Of a stretch of 12,567 nucleotides of DNA, positions 5,403 to 12,567 are shown one piece after another. Where the stretch lies: positions 1 through 12,567 of the forward strand of contig JBHLPR010000066.1 of assembly GCA_048939245.1 (NCBI GenBank), in the 5' to 3' direction. Made by a program: the position numbers and the translations under genes. The notes under the pieces are model-generated. The model saw only the letters and a program-made list of their open reading frames with translations, did no database searches and was not told where the DNA came from. Position 1 is the first letter of the stretch. The number at the start of each line of letters is the position of its first letter. Source of the DNA: Promethearchaeota archaeon. Its GTDB lineage: Archaea > Asgardarchaeota > Hermodarchaeia > Hermodarchaeales > Hermodarchaeaceae.

Positions 5403-6388
5403 TATTTTTCACCATTTTCGGGAAGTACTCCAGTTCCTAATAGGTTTGAGAGTCGCTTCAATGATGGAATTCCTCGGATTTCTTCTTTGAATAAGGGAAT
5501 CTCGGTGATCATAAAATCGTCGTAGATGTCATGAATTTGTGTAAGGTATTGGAGTTGCATTGTCTTCCGAGCCTTACAGAAACTACAATCAGGTATGTCT
5601 GGAAAGATCATGTTTACGATGATATGACTACTGGGAATCTGATATTCATAAAGCGTTTGTAGAAGGCGTTCGGTCTCAGAAACTGCCATCGCTTCAGGGA
5701 TCATAATGATTACAAAGCTGGTTCTGGTGGGATCAGTGAGTTCTACTCTCGCCTCATTTATAGCGAGTTTCAATTTCTCGAGTTTTTCCAATGAATCGTC
5801 TTCTTCCTTCGAATTTCCTCGTCCAAAAAATGATTTCAATCGCCCGAACATGTTACTGAATCGTATTCGGAATTTGATGAGTTTTCCGAAGAAACTGTCA
5901 AGCATTTCTGGAAGACCTAAAAGGCGCAAGGTATGGCCAGTAGGAGCTGTATCAAAAATGACTAAATCGTAGTCGCATTCATGAATGAACTCTAAGACCT
6001 TGGAGAATGCTAAGGCTTCGTCAGATCCGGGTGCTGTCATATCCGCCAGATCTTCAACCCCCATCATATTCCCCATCGGGCCCATATCGCTTGTTTCCGG
6101 TTGTTGCGCCATCTCCTTATACTGCGCATAGGCTTTTTGTGGGTTGATTTCCATCCCAAAGAGGTTCTTCACTCCTTCAATTGGGACGACTTCGCCACCA
6201 CTGATATCTTGAGCAAAACAATCTCCCAGACTGTGCGCGGGGTCTGTACTTATTACAATGGTTTCTCGACCATGATCTGCTGCCCAAAGGGCTGATGCAG
6301 CTGCACTACTTGTTTTCCCTACTCCACCCTTTCCACCAAAGAGGAGAAATCGAAGCGTTTTCTTATCAAGCAAATCCACAAGCGTCAT
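5402..6388 (-). CDS. arsA: Get3/TRC40-like ArsA-family ATPase (single domain)
   Basis: Deviant P-loop GKGGVGKTS, switch I STDPAHSL, PGSDEA, switch II DTAPTGHT, Met-rich helical region, TRC40-insert-like amphipathic helix, CSFC dimer zinc motif, A-loop EEIRG. SD GGAG. Confidence 0.93.
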   Translation of the reverse strand: MTLVDLLDKKTLRFLLFGGKGGVGKTSSAAASALWAADHGRETIVISTDPAHSLGDCFAQDISGGEVVPIEGVKNLFGMEINPQKAYAQYKEMAQQPETSDMGPMGNMMGVEDLADMTAPGSDEALAFSKVLEFIHECDYDLVIFDTAPTGHTLRLLGLPEMLDSFFGKLIKFRIRFSNMFGRLKSFFGRGNSKEEDDSLEKLEKLKLAINEARVELTDPTRTSFVIIMIPEAMAVSETERLLQTLYEYQIPSSHIIVNMIFPDIPDCSFCKARKTMQLQYLTQIHDIYDDFMITEIPLFKEEIRGIPSLKRLSNLLGTGVLPENGEK

Positions 6389-6435
6389 AATTACAATTCT
6401 CCAGTTCTAAGATCCGATGGGGTTCCTTGGCTTAT

Positions 6436-6659
6436 CTTTATTCTCGAGAAGACTTGCCCTTTGAGGACGGGGATGACTCGAGGAGCTTAAATACATTTTT
6501 ACTCATCCTCTCGCTGAGGTCTTAGTCTCCGCGCCGAGAACCAAGGCATCGGGCTGATTGGGTAACATCGCTGGAACGGTGAGTAGAGCCTGTGGACCAG
6601 TCGACCCGAGTCGATGGCATGAAGCAGGAAGCCCCACTCTTCAGGGTGGAGTAGTTCAC
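6436..6659 (+). mobile_element. 224-bp non-autonomous IS200/IS605 (IS1341/TnpB-type) element without transposase
   Basis: TTAT target at 6432-6435. Left-end hairpin CTTGCCCT-TTG-AGGACGGG followed by GATGA. Right end GAAG-CCCCACTCTTCAGGGTGGAG-TAGTTCAC. Ends are shared with the copy at 5251. Confidence 0.85.
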
Positions 6660-6675
6660 AGCCTTATCTTGCACC
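6517..6675 (+). ncRNA. TnpB omega-RNA (reRNA)-like scaffold plus flank-derived guide; 5' end approximate
   Basis: GCCTGTGGA..ATGAAGCAGGAAGCCCC motif typical of tnpB 3' ends, CCTG/CAGG stem, TCGAC/GTCGA hairpin, terminal hairpin, TGAA(6620-23)/TTCA(6655-58) pseudoknot potential, and an internal TATA CTTAAATA at 6486-6493. Confidence 0.65.
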
Positions 6676-6677
6676 AA

Positions 6678-7043
6678 TTATGGGGGTATTGGGCCAATAA
6701 GTTGACTAACGGCTAGGAGCGCATAGAACAAAACTACAAAAATTGCCACGAGTGTTACAGCCCCGACTACAAATATTGAATATCGCATGCGGATTAATCC
6801 CCCGATTAATCCTGCAAACATAATAATGAGAAGTGCGATGAAGGTGATTACTGCATCCCAAGTTGGGAGAAGTGATTGAATGGGTTCTACTACCACAAAT
6901 GGGTATAATCCATAGCTATATGCTAATACTAAATATCCTAAGGCTCCACCGAATACAAAGAAAAGAATCGTTGCGAGTTGATCCAGGGGTTCTTTCGGCT
7001 CCTCTTCTTCTATTTCAGTATCGGTATCAGTAACGGTTTCCAT
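6678..7043 (-). CDS. Small three-TM membrane protein with acidic N-terminal tail (possible EMC6/Get2-like)
   Basis: N-terminus ETVTDTDTEIEEEEPKEP followed by three hydrophobic segments. The family guess rests only on topology and context. Confidence 0.7.
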   Translation of the reverse strand: METVTDTDTEIEEEEPKEPLDQLATILFFVFGGALGYLVLAYSYGLYPFVVVEPIQSLLPTWDAVITFIALLIIMFAGLIGGLIRMRYSIFVVGAVTLVAIFVVLFYALLAVSQLIGPIPP

Positions 7044-7049
7044 TTTCTC

Positions 7050-7763
7050 TTATTCTCCGGCAGGTTTGTAGATGACAAGGCATATAGGTACATTTGCTGT
7101 TGCCCAGTTTTGGTATTTGCCTTCGTACTTCAAACCATAATCACGTTGTCCTTGATTACCGAGGATAAGAAAAAGTGTATTGGCTCTGGCTTGTTTATAG
7201 AATCCGAGAAGCCATCTGTCTGTCCGGTGAAGTAATTTCTGCGCTAGTTCCAATGGGGGACGGCTAGTATGCTCTTTATAGAGGGTATCGAAATCTAAGA
7301 AGTGGATGTAGAGTAAATCGGAGCGATTGAGAAGTTTTGCGGTTTCAATATAGGTCCGCATATCACTATCCGCTGAGTGGAATTTTGCTTGGCCTGCAAT
7401 GTATTGTTGATTTTCGCGGTCTACAAGAACAGCTGATTTTCCTTGGTGAACAAGAAAGGAGAAGAGATTGAATCCATCGGATTGATTCCCATGGATGAGC
7501 TCATTGATTACGTTTGTAGCATATCCGTCCTTTGTGTCCAACGTTAATAGCAAACGGGCTTCTTTGAGTAAAAATTGAGGCTTATGTAAGGCAACCTCAA
7601 GCAGTCCAAAATTGTCAAGATGTACCAATACTACACGTTCTGTGGGTGCAAAAGCGGATAAATTGATACTTTGAGCTAACACTGTAGGTGCTATTAGTCC
7701 TAATCGATTTAAAATCGTGGCTGGCATCTGTACCATTTGCCCATCAACGTTATCAAATGACAC
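7050..7763 (-). CDS. Alkaline-phosphatase-superfamily-fold protein with degenerate metal ligands
   Basis: RVVLVHLDNFG, LLYIHFLDFD, LFLILGNQG and VPICLV occur in AP/NPP core-strand order. Start re-called to the GTG at 7763 (GGCGGGA upstream). The ORF-track start is 7871. Confidence 0.6.
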   Translation of the reverse strand: MSFDNVDGQMVQMPATILNRLGLIAPTVLAQSINLSAFAPTERVVLVHLDNFGLLEVALHKPQFLLKEARLLLTLDTKDGYATNVINELIHGNQSDGFNLFSFLVHQGKSAVLVDRENQQYIAGQAKFHSADSDMRTYIETAKLLNRSDLLYIHFLDFDTLYKEHTSRPPLELAQKLLHRTDRWLLGFYKQARANTLFLILGNQGQRDYGLKYEGKYQNWATANVPICLVIYKPAGE

Positions 7764-7867
7764 TATATTCCCGCCGATTTGCGACTTAAAATCTATTCTA
7801 GCTCTCTTATGATTACCTAAAAGAGTTTGTTGACACAAAATTGCGTGAAAGTGATACTGCGGTAATC

Positions 7868-9049
7868 TCAAATAGGCATTAGTACGAGAATAAAGACAAA
7901 AAATTGCATCAATAATATCATTATCCCTTCAAAGATGTCAACTTTCTGGTCATCATTTAGAGCGCGTATTAAGAACCATAATGATCCAGCTGCTGTCGCA
8001 AATTGTAATAGCACTGCAGCATCTAATGGGAGTGGGAGAAACATTGCTACACCACCTACGATAAGAAGAAGCACTTGGGTGGTTCCGCCTAAAGTATTGC
8101 CAATTGCGATGTCAGCTTTACTTTTTGTTGCTGCGATAATAGCGATGCCATGTTCAGGAACAGCCCCAGCTGCTCCAATTATTAGTGCCATAATCGCGAT
8201 TCGCTGGGTTTCGACGACTCCGATTGCAGACCAGGGAACAAAATCAAATGTTAGTTCCACTGCTTGTGAGAGCAGATAGCCTGCGATGAAAATTCCTACA
8301 AACCCTATGGCTGCTAGTACAACTGAATTTCGCTTAGAGTGTCGAGGCTCGGGGCGTATCTTGTCTTTTTCTGCGGGCTTTTTGACTGCGTATACTGCGT
8401 ATAGGGCATAGGAGAGAACCATAAGGAATGCAAGAACGGGAGGAAGAAAAGTGAGTTCCAAAGTAACACCATAAATGAGTTGGTTAACATAATGAAGGAT
8501 TCCAAACACAACAAGAAGGGCCATGGCTACTATTGTCCAACGTATGAGATCAGCATCGTCTTCGACAACTTCACGGGGAACGGTTATGTGTCCGGTTTTT
8601 CGTGTTGAAAGTACCACAACTATACCAAGTAATAAGATGTTGAAGCCTGCAGCCATAATTACACTCAATACCGCAATTTCAACCAACTCAGGGCTTGCCG
8701 TCAGGTATCCTCTCCAAGCCGTTAGGGCGCTGACAACAGCCTCAGGTGTATTAGAGGCGAGTGATGAAACGACTCCGATGAAATATGCACTCAACCCAAC
8801 AATGGCTCCCAATGATTCTAAACCATCAATGGCAAGATGAGAAGACCGAAATGTCAGCCAGACAGCAAATGCCATGGTTCCAATAATTAATATCAACACA
8901 TTTTGTAATACGAAAACAGAGAGAAGGAAAAAAATGAAAAGCGTAATGGCAACGACAACTTCTCTTCGTGAGATATGAAAGGCTTTGTGTAACGCAGATT
9001 CGCTCGTTAATATGTGTGTGTCCTTTTCATTGGTGTTGGTTTCAGTCAA
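7868..9049 (-). CDS. Ca2+/cation antiporter (CaCA family, CAX/ChaA-like)
   Basis: About 11-12 TM segments, alpha-1 repeat SSLASNTPE, alpha-2 repeat AAGAVPEH..DIAIGNTLGG, C-terminal FEGIMILL. Confidence 0.85.
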   Translation of the reverse strand: MTETNTNEKDTHILTSESALHKAFHISRREVVVAITLFIFFLLSVFVLQNVLILIIGTMAFAVWLTFRSSHLAIDGLESLGAIVGLSAYFIGVVSSLASNTPEAVVSALTAWRGYLTASPELVEIAVLSVIMAAGFNILLLGIVVVLSTRKTGHITVPREVVEDDADLIRWTIVAMALLVVFGILHYVNQLIYGVTLELTFLPPVLAFLMVLSYALYAVYAVKKPAEKDKIRPEPRHSKRNSVVLAAIGFVGIFIAGYLLSQAVELTFDFVPWSAIGVVETQRIAIMALIIGAAGAVPEHGIAIIAATKSKADIAIGNTLGGTTQVLLLIVGGVAMFLPLPLDAAVLLQFATAAGSLWFLIRALNDDQKVDIFEGIMILLMQFFVFILVLMPI

Positions 9050-9065
9050 ATGAACCAGCTCGTTG

Positions 9066-10583
9066 CTAGAATTGTTCTGTTTCGGTCAGTGTCTGGAGGA
9101 GCATTCCTTCTACTGTGAAAGGCATTAAGCTTTTGGCAACATCAATGGCATCACTAAGTTTACTTTCGGTTTCTGCATGAATTGTAAGGACGGAATCTCC
9201 TTCTTTCACCCGTGTGCCTACTTTAGCATGTAAATAGAGACCCGCGCTATGAATCTTGGGGGTTCCAGCCGCTCTTGCAATACGAACTAGTGCTCGGTTG
9301 TGTAGAGTTGCTACATATCCGTCAGAGGGAGCGCATAAATTATGGGTGTGGGATCCTATGGGAATATCTTCTGGTTTGATATCAGGTTTACCATTTTGGG
9401 CTTCGATAATTTCGCGCATTTTTTCTAAGGCTTTACCAGAAACTAAAATATCCTTCGCCATTTTTCGTCCTCCGCCTCGAGCCGCGAGACCACCCATTTC
9501 AAGTAGAATTCCCGCTAATCCGGTCGATTTCTCGATTAGGCTCGTGGGGCCTCCACCCATGAGGGTTTCTAAAGCTTCTTTCGCTTCAAGCGCGGGTCCG
9601 ATGGCATGTCCCACCGGTTGACTTCCATACGTCATGGCGCAATGAATATTGATGCCCAGCTCATTCCCCACAGTTATGAAATCATGACTTAATTTTCTGG
9701 CTTCTTCCATGGTGGTCACTTTGCATCCTTCACCTGTGGGAATATCCAACACTAAGTATTGGATTCCGGTAGAGAGTTTCTTGGCCATAATTGATGCAAT
9801 CATTTGGGGTCGTGGGTCAAGCTGTAGGGGGTGTTCAATTTGAATAAAGAGATCGTCTGCCGGTGCGAGATTTAATGATCCACCCCAGACAATAGCCGCT
9901 TTAGCGGTTTCTATGATTTTTTGTAGCTCATCTACAGTAAATTCGACATCAGCAAGAACTTCCATGGTGTCTGCGGTTCCGCTGGGACTAGTAATTGCTC
10001 GGCTACTTGTTTTTGGAATCAGTAGTCCTGCTGCTGCAACAATAGGGACAATGATTAGTGAAACCTTGTTACCTGGAACTCCACCAATGCTATGCTTATC
10101 AAATACATTAGCACCAAAATCCAGCCGTTCTCCTTCTTCTGCTATGGCTCGAGTAAGGTGTACAGTCTCCTCTAAAGACAACCCCCTAATCTGTTCGGAG
10201 ACCAAAAATGCTGCAATATCAATGTCTAATAGGCGGCCTGTTACCAAATCCTCAACGATTGCTTTGATTTCCTCACTATCTAAGCTGAACCCTTCAACCT
10301 TTTTTCGAATTGCCTTAATAGAGGTGGGTTTAACATCGCTGGTAACTTCTACAAAGTCTCCTTCTTTGACATTTAATTCTCGTTGCACCTCATTTAGTAT
10401 GCCCACTTTGCCTTGGTCAACCAAAGAGGTAGATTCGGCAATTGCGACAGTTTCTTCCTTCCGAAATTTTAGTAGCACGCGTTCTCCTGCAAACATCGCT
10501 AAATGGGTTATCTCAACAGGATTGAGGAAGATTTTATGCACGCCGCCTGTGTCAACATCAAGAATTTGTACTTTTAATTTCAA
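9066..10583 (-). CDS. deoA: AMP phosphorylase (archaeal thymidine-phosphorylase family)
   Basis: DKHSIGGVPGNK, PKTSSRAITSPSGTADTMEVLA, LAPADD, SIMAKK, QPVGHAIGPALEA, and the extra N-terminal domain of AMP phosphorylases. TTG start with AGGAG SD. Confidence 0.95.
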   Translation of the reverse strand: MKLKVQILDVDTGGVHKIFLNPVEITHLAMFAGERVLLKFRKEETVAIAESTSLVDQGKVGILNEVQRELNVKEGDFVEVTSDVKPTSIKAIRKKVEGFSLDSEEIKAIVEDLVTGRLLDIDIAAFLVSEQIRGLSLEETVHLTRAIAEEGERLDFGANVFDKHSIGGVPGNKVSLIIVPIVAAAGLLIPKTSSRAITSPSGTADTMEVLADVEFTVDELQKIIETAKAAIVWGGSLNLAPADDLFIQIEHPLQLDPRPQMIASIMAKKLSTGIQYLVLDIPTGEGCKVTTMEEARKLSHDFITVGNELGINIHCAMTYGSQPVGHAIGPALEAKEALETLMGGGPTSLIEKSTGLAGILLEMGGLAARGGGRKMAKDILVSGKALEKMREIIEAQNGKPDIKPEDIPIGSHTHNLCAPSDGYVATLHNRALVRIARAAGTPKIHSAGLYLHAKVGTRVKEGDSVLTIHAETESKLSDAIDVAKSLMPFTVEGMLLQTLTETEQF

Positions 10584-10671
10584 GGGGGAATGCTCCTAAA
10601 CTAATTAATTATCATGATGCTCTGAAATTAATGAGGTTAAAGTGTGATTTCATTAGTTCTTAAATGTGGTC

Positions 10672-11157
10672 TTATCGCAATTTAATTGCCATGAGTTGGG
10701 CATCTTCACCATTCCGATAATAGGTGCGCAAAGTGCGGATTCGTTTGAAACCGAGTTTGTCGTAGAGTTTTATTGCTGCATGGTTTGTAATACGAACTTC
10801 GAGAATGATTTCTTTTGCAGCGTAAACAGTCTCTAAGGCTTTCGTGGAGTGGTTGATTAGTTCTGATGCTATCCTTTGGCGTCGGTATTCTTGCAAAACT
10901 GCGACACTCACGATATGGCCTCGTCGAACCCATTTTAGTCCGAAGTTGGAAATTCCTCCCTCCATGCGGCACATGATGTATCCAACGACTGTGCCCTCTG
11001 TTTCAGCGACATAAAATGCTTCAGGATATCTTTCTTGGATTTGTCGAAAGAAGTATTCTGGGTAGTTCTCTGGTAAGGTATCAAGATTAATCCTCATAAT
11101 TGTCGGGATATCCGACGGTTTTGCATTACGTATAACGAAACCTTGGAGCTGGGTCAA
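10672..11157 (-). CDS. rimI: N-terminal acetyltransferase, RimI/Ard1 (Naa10-like) GNAT
   Basis: NLDTLPENY, VGYIMCRME, GHIVSVAVLQEYRRQRIA, LEVRITNHAAIKLY, YYRNGEDA. Confidence 0.93.
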   Translation of the reverse strand: MTQLQGFVIRNAKPSDIPTIMRINLDTLPENYPEYFFRQIQERYPEAFYVAETEGTVVGYIMCRMEGGISNFGLKWVRRGHIVSVAVLQEYRRQRIASELINHSTKALETVYAAKEIILEVRITNHAAIKLYDKLGFKRIRTLRTYYRNGEDAQLMAIKLR

Positions 11158-11189
11158 TGAAATCAGCTAGTAGAGTTCTTACAATTGAG

Positions 11190-11230
11190 AATTAAAAGTT
11201 AATCGCCTAACCATTTGGAAAGGTTTTTGT
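11190..11230. promoter_or_regulatory. Back-to-back divergent promoters for rimI (-) and the M50 protease (+)
   Basis: TTTTAATT on the minus strand at 11197-11190 and GAAAGG-TTTTTGT on the plus strand at 11218-11230, each about 33 nt before its start codon. Confidence 0.5.
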
Positions 11231-11263
11231 GTGCAGACTCTTTGGCGTGCTTAGAGTGTTGCG

Positions 11264-12499
11264 GTGAAACAATTGTACGATGAAGAAACTCCTACACCTT
11301 CAGAACCTAAAAGGGAATACGCCTCTTCATATTCGAGTGAAGGTACATTCATACCAGACGCCTATCTCCTCAAGTTAAGAGATATTGTTAAAGAAGAATT
11401 CACCGTCAATTACGCCTATATTGACGCCCATGATAATCTTCCCATTTTTGTTATCGAATTAGATTCTAAAATGAAAGAGCGATCAGCAAGACTCACTGAT
11501 CGACTCCAACCACATAATCTATTGGCAGTAATTAGAAAAGTAGAACTCTTCGAAGGAACAGGTGAAAAGAGCACAGTCATCAAACTCATCCCTGCTCCAC
11601 CGCCTCGTCGAGCTAGCAGTTATACAATGAATATCATTTTGTTTATTGCTACACTAATTACTGTTCTCTTCGCCGGTTGGTACTTTGCCACAAGTCCCGG
11701 TTTTGTCTACGTTTACACCGATATCTTTCAGATTCCCTATAATCCCTTTTTAGTAATGATTGCTTATACAATCGCTTTGCTTGCAATTATAGGGCTCCAT
11801 GAATTTGGACATGTCGGGGCCAGCCGCTATCATAAGGTTGAAGCGTCGCTTCCGTACTTCATCCCAGGATTCTATTATGGAACCTTTGGGGCTCTTATTG
11901 TTCAACGTTCCCCCCCGCCAAATCGGGACAGTCTTTTCGATCTTGGAATTAGTGGACCTGTTGTTGGATTTGTAGTCTCTGTGGTAGTTGTCGCAATCGG
12001 ATTGGTGCTGAGCCCCATTCTTAGTCCTAGTGAATTTTCGCAGTTAACCACTTTCTTACAGCAATTACAACTACCACTGGGTACGCTTCCAACACCCATT
12101 CTTTTCGATTTGATGTGGGCGTTCATTACCTTCGGTATCCCTGCAGGTTATACTGCCTACATTCACCCTGTTGCATTTGCAGGCTGGGTTGGGTTTCTCA
12201 TTACCGCGCTCAATTATTTCCCAATCGGTCAACTCGACGGAGGGCATGTCTCTCGAGCACTTGTTGGAGGTCGATATCATCGAATAGTCTCTTTCGTAGG
12301 TGTTTTTCTTCTGTTCATCTTTGGCTATTGGTTCATGGCTCTAATCGCTTTCTTTCTCTTTGCCGGACGACACCCAGGTCCTGTTGACGATGTTTCACCT
12401 GTTAGTGGTTGGCGAAAAATAATTGGTCCAATCTCATATCTAATGGTTATTCTGCTGTTGCCGCCGCTGACCACAAGTTTCTTTCTACCTTTCCCTTAA
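11264..12499 (+). CDS. Site-2 protease family (M50) intramembrane zinc metalloprotease
   Basis: HEFGH zinc motif, SLPYFIP..GTFGA, ISGPVVG, HPVAFAGWVG, LNYFPIGQLDGGH, multiple TM segments. Confidence 0.95.
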   Translation: MKQLYDEETPTPSEPKREYASSYSSEGTFIPDAYLLKLRDIVKEEFTVNYAYIDAHDNLPIFVIELDSKMKERSARLTDRLQPHNLLAVIRKVELFEGTGEKSTVIKLIPAPPPRRASSYTMNIILFIATLITVLFAGWYFATSPGFVYVYTDIFQIPYNPFLVMIAYTIALLAIIGLHEFGHVGASRYHKVEASLPYFIPGFYYGTFGALIVQRSPPPNRDSLFDLGISGPVVGFVVSVVVVAIGLVLSPILSPSEFSQLTTFLQQLQLPLGTLPTPILFDLMWAFITFGIPAGYTAYIHPVAFAGWVGFLITALNYFPIGQLDGGHVSRALVGGRYHRIVSFVGVFLLFIFGYWFMALIAFFLFAGRHPGPVDDVSPVSGWRKIIGPISYLMVILLLPPLTTSFFLPFP

Positions 12500-12567
12500 A
12501 GTCTTCTGATGAAATTTCCATATCTCTTTTCTTATTGGAAAATTCTGAATTTTGAACGATGGCTTTT

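Noticed and set aside
5302-5490. 62-aa hydrophobic plus-strand ORF
   Set aside because: Antisense to the Get3 3' end and to the better-supported coupled 36-aa microprotein.
5402-6388. Arsenite-efflux ArsA
   Set aside because: Single domain with Get3-type CxxC and insert, and no ars genes nearby.
6431-6670. CTTATCTT on both sides of the 224-bp element as a target-site duplication
   Set aside because: The left copy is the TTAT target plus the element start (shared with the 45-bp copy, whose right flank lacks it), the right copy is offset 3 nt from the end, and IS200/IS605 elements make no TSD.
9913-10599. 228-aa plus-strand ORF and the other antisense or nested ORFs (95, 179, 2738, 2778, 3024, 3656, 4674, 5706, 6101, 6978, 7935, 8314, 8523, 9256, 10706, 11902, 12071, 12115)
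   Set aside because: Shadow frames overlapping well-supported genes, with no recognisable motifs.
12500-12567. End of a convergent gene or a terminator after the M50 gene
   Set aside because: Too little sequence to choose a frame or call a terminator.
1-12567. CRISPR array, rRNA or intact transposase
   Set aside because: No regularly spaced repeats, rRNA-like sequence or transposase/TnpB ORF seen.

Overview
Archaeal core-genome window. The gene set (Get3-like ATPase, Ard1-like acetyltransferase, Rpo12, aIF1, AMP phosphorylase, BHB tRNA introns) points to an Asgard/TACK-type archaeon, which is inference. On the minus strand, left to right: a four-gene putative vitamin (B12-like) uptake operon (wHTH protein, ECF S component, surface protein, DUF4430 protein) with a perfect 25-bp palindrome next to its TATA box; hisS; a tRNA-His(GUG) split by three introns; aIF1/SUI1; an Rpo12 with a double zinc ribbon; an unannotated 36-aa single-TM microprotein coupled to a Get3/ArsA ATPase; a 3-TM membrane protein; a degenerate alkaline-phosphatase-fold protein; a Ca2+/cation antiporter; AMP phosphorylase; and a RimI/Ard1 acetyltransferase. 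A divergent M50 protease lies on the plus strand. Two non-autonomous IS200/IS605-derived elements (45 bp and 224 bp, the larger with a TnpB omega-RNA-like scaffold) flank the Get3 gene. The most striking signals are the triple-intron tRNA-His (introns at 8/9, 15/16 and 37/38, a 7-nt micro-exon, a leader copy of the acceptor strand, A73 and no encoded G-1) and a candidate archaeal GET-like locus. All calls come from reading the sequence by eye; no searches were run.
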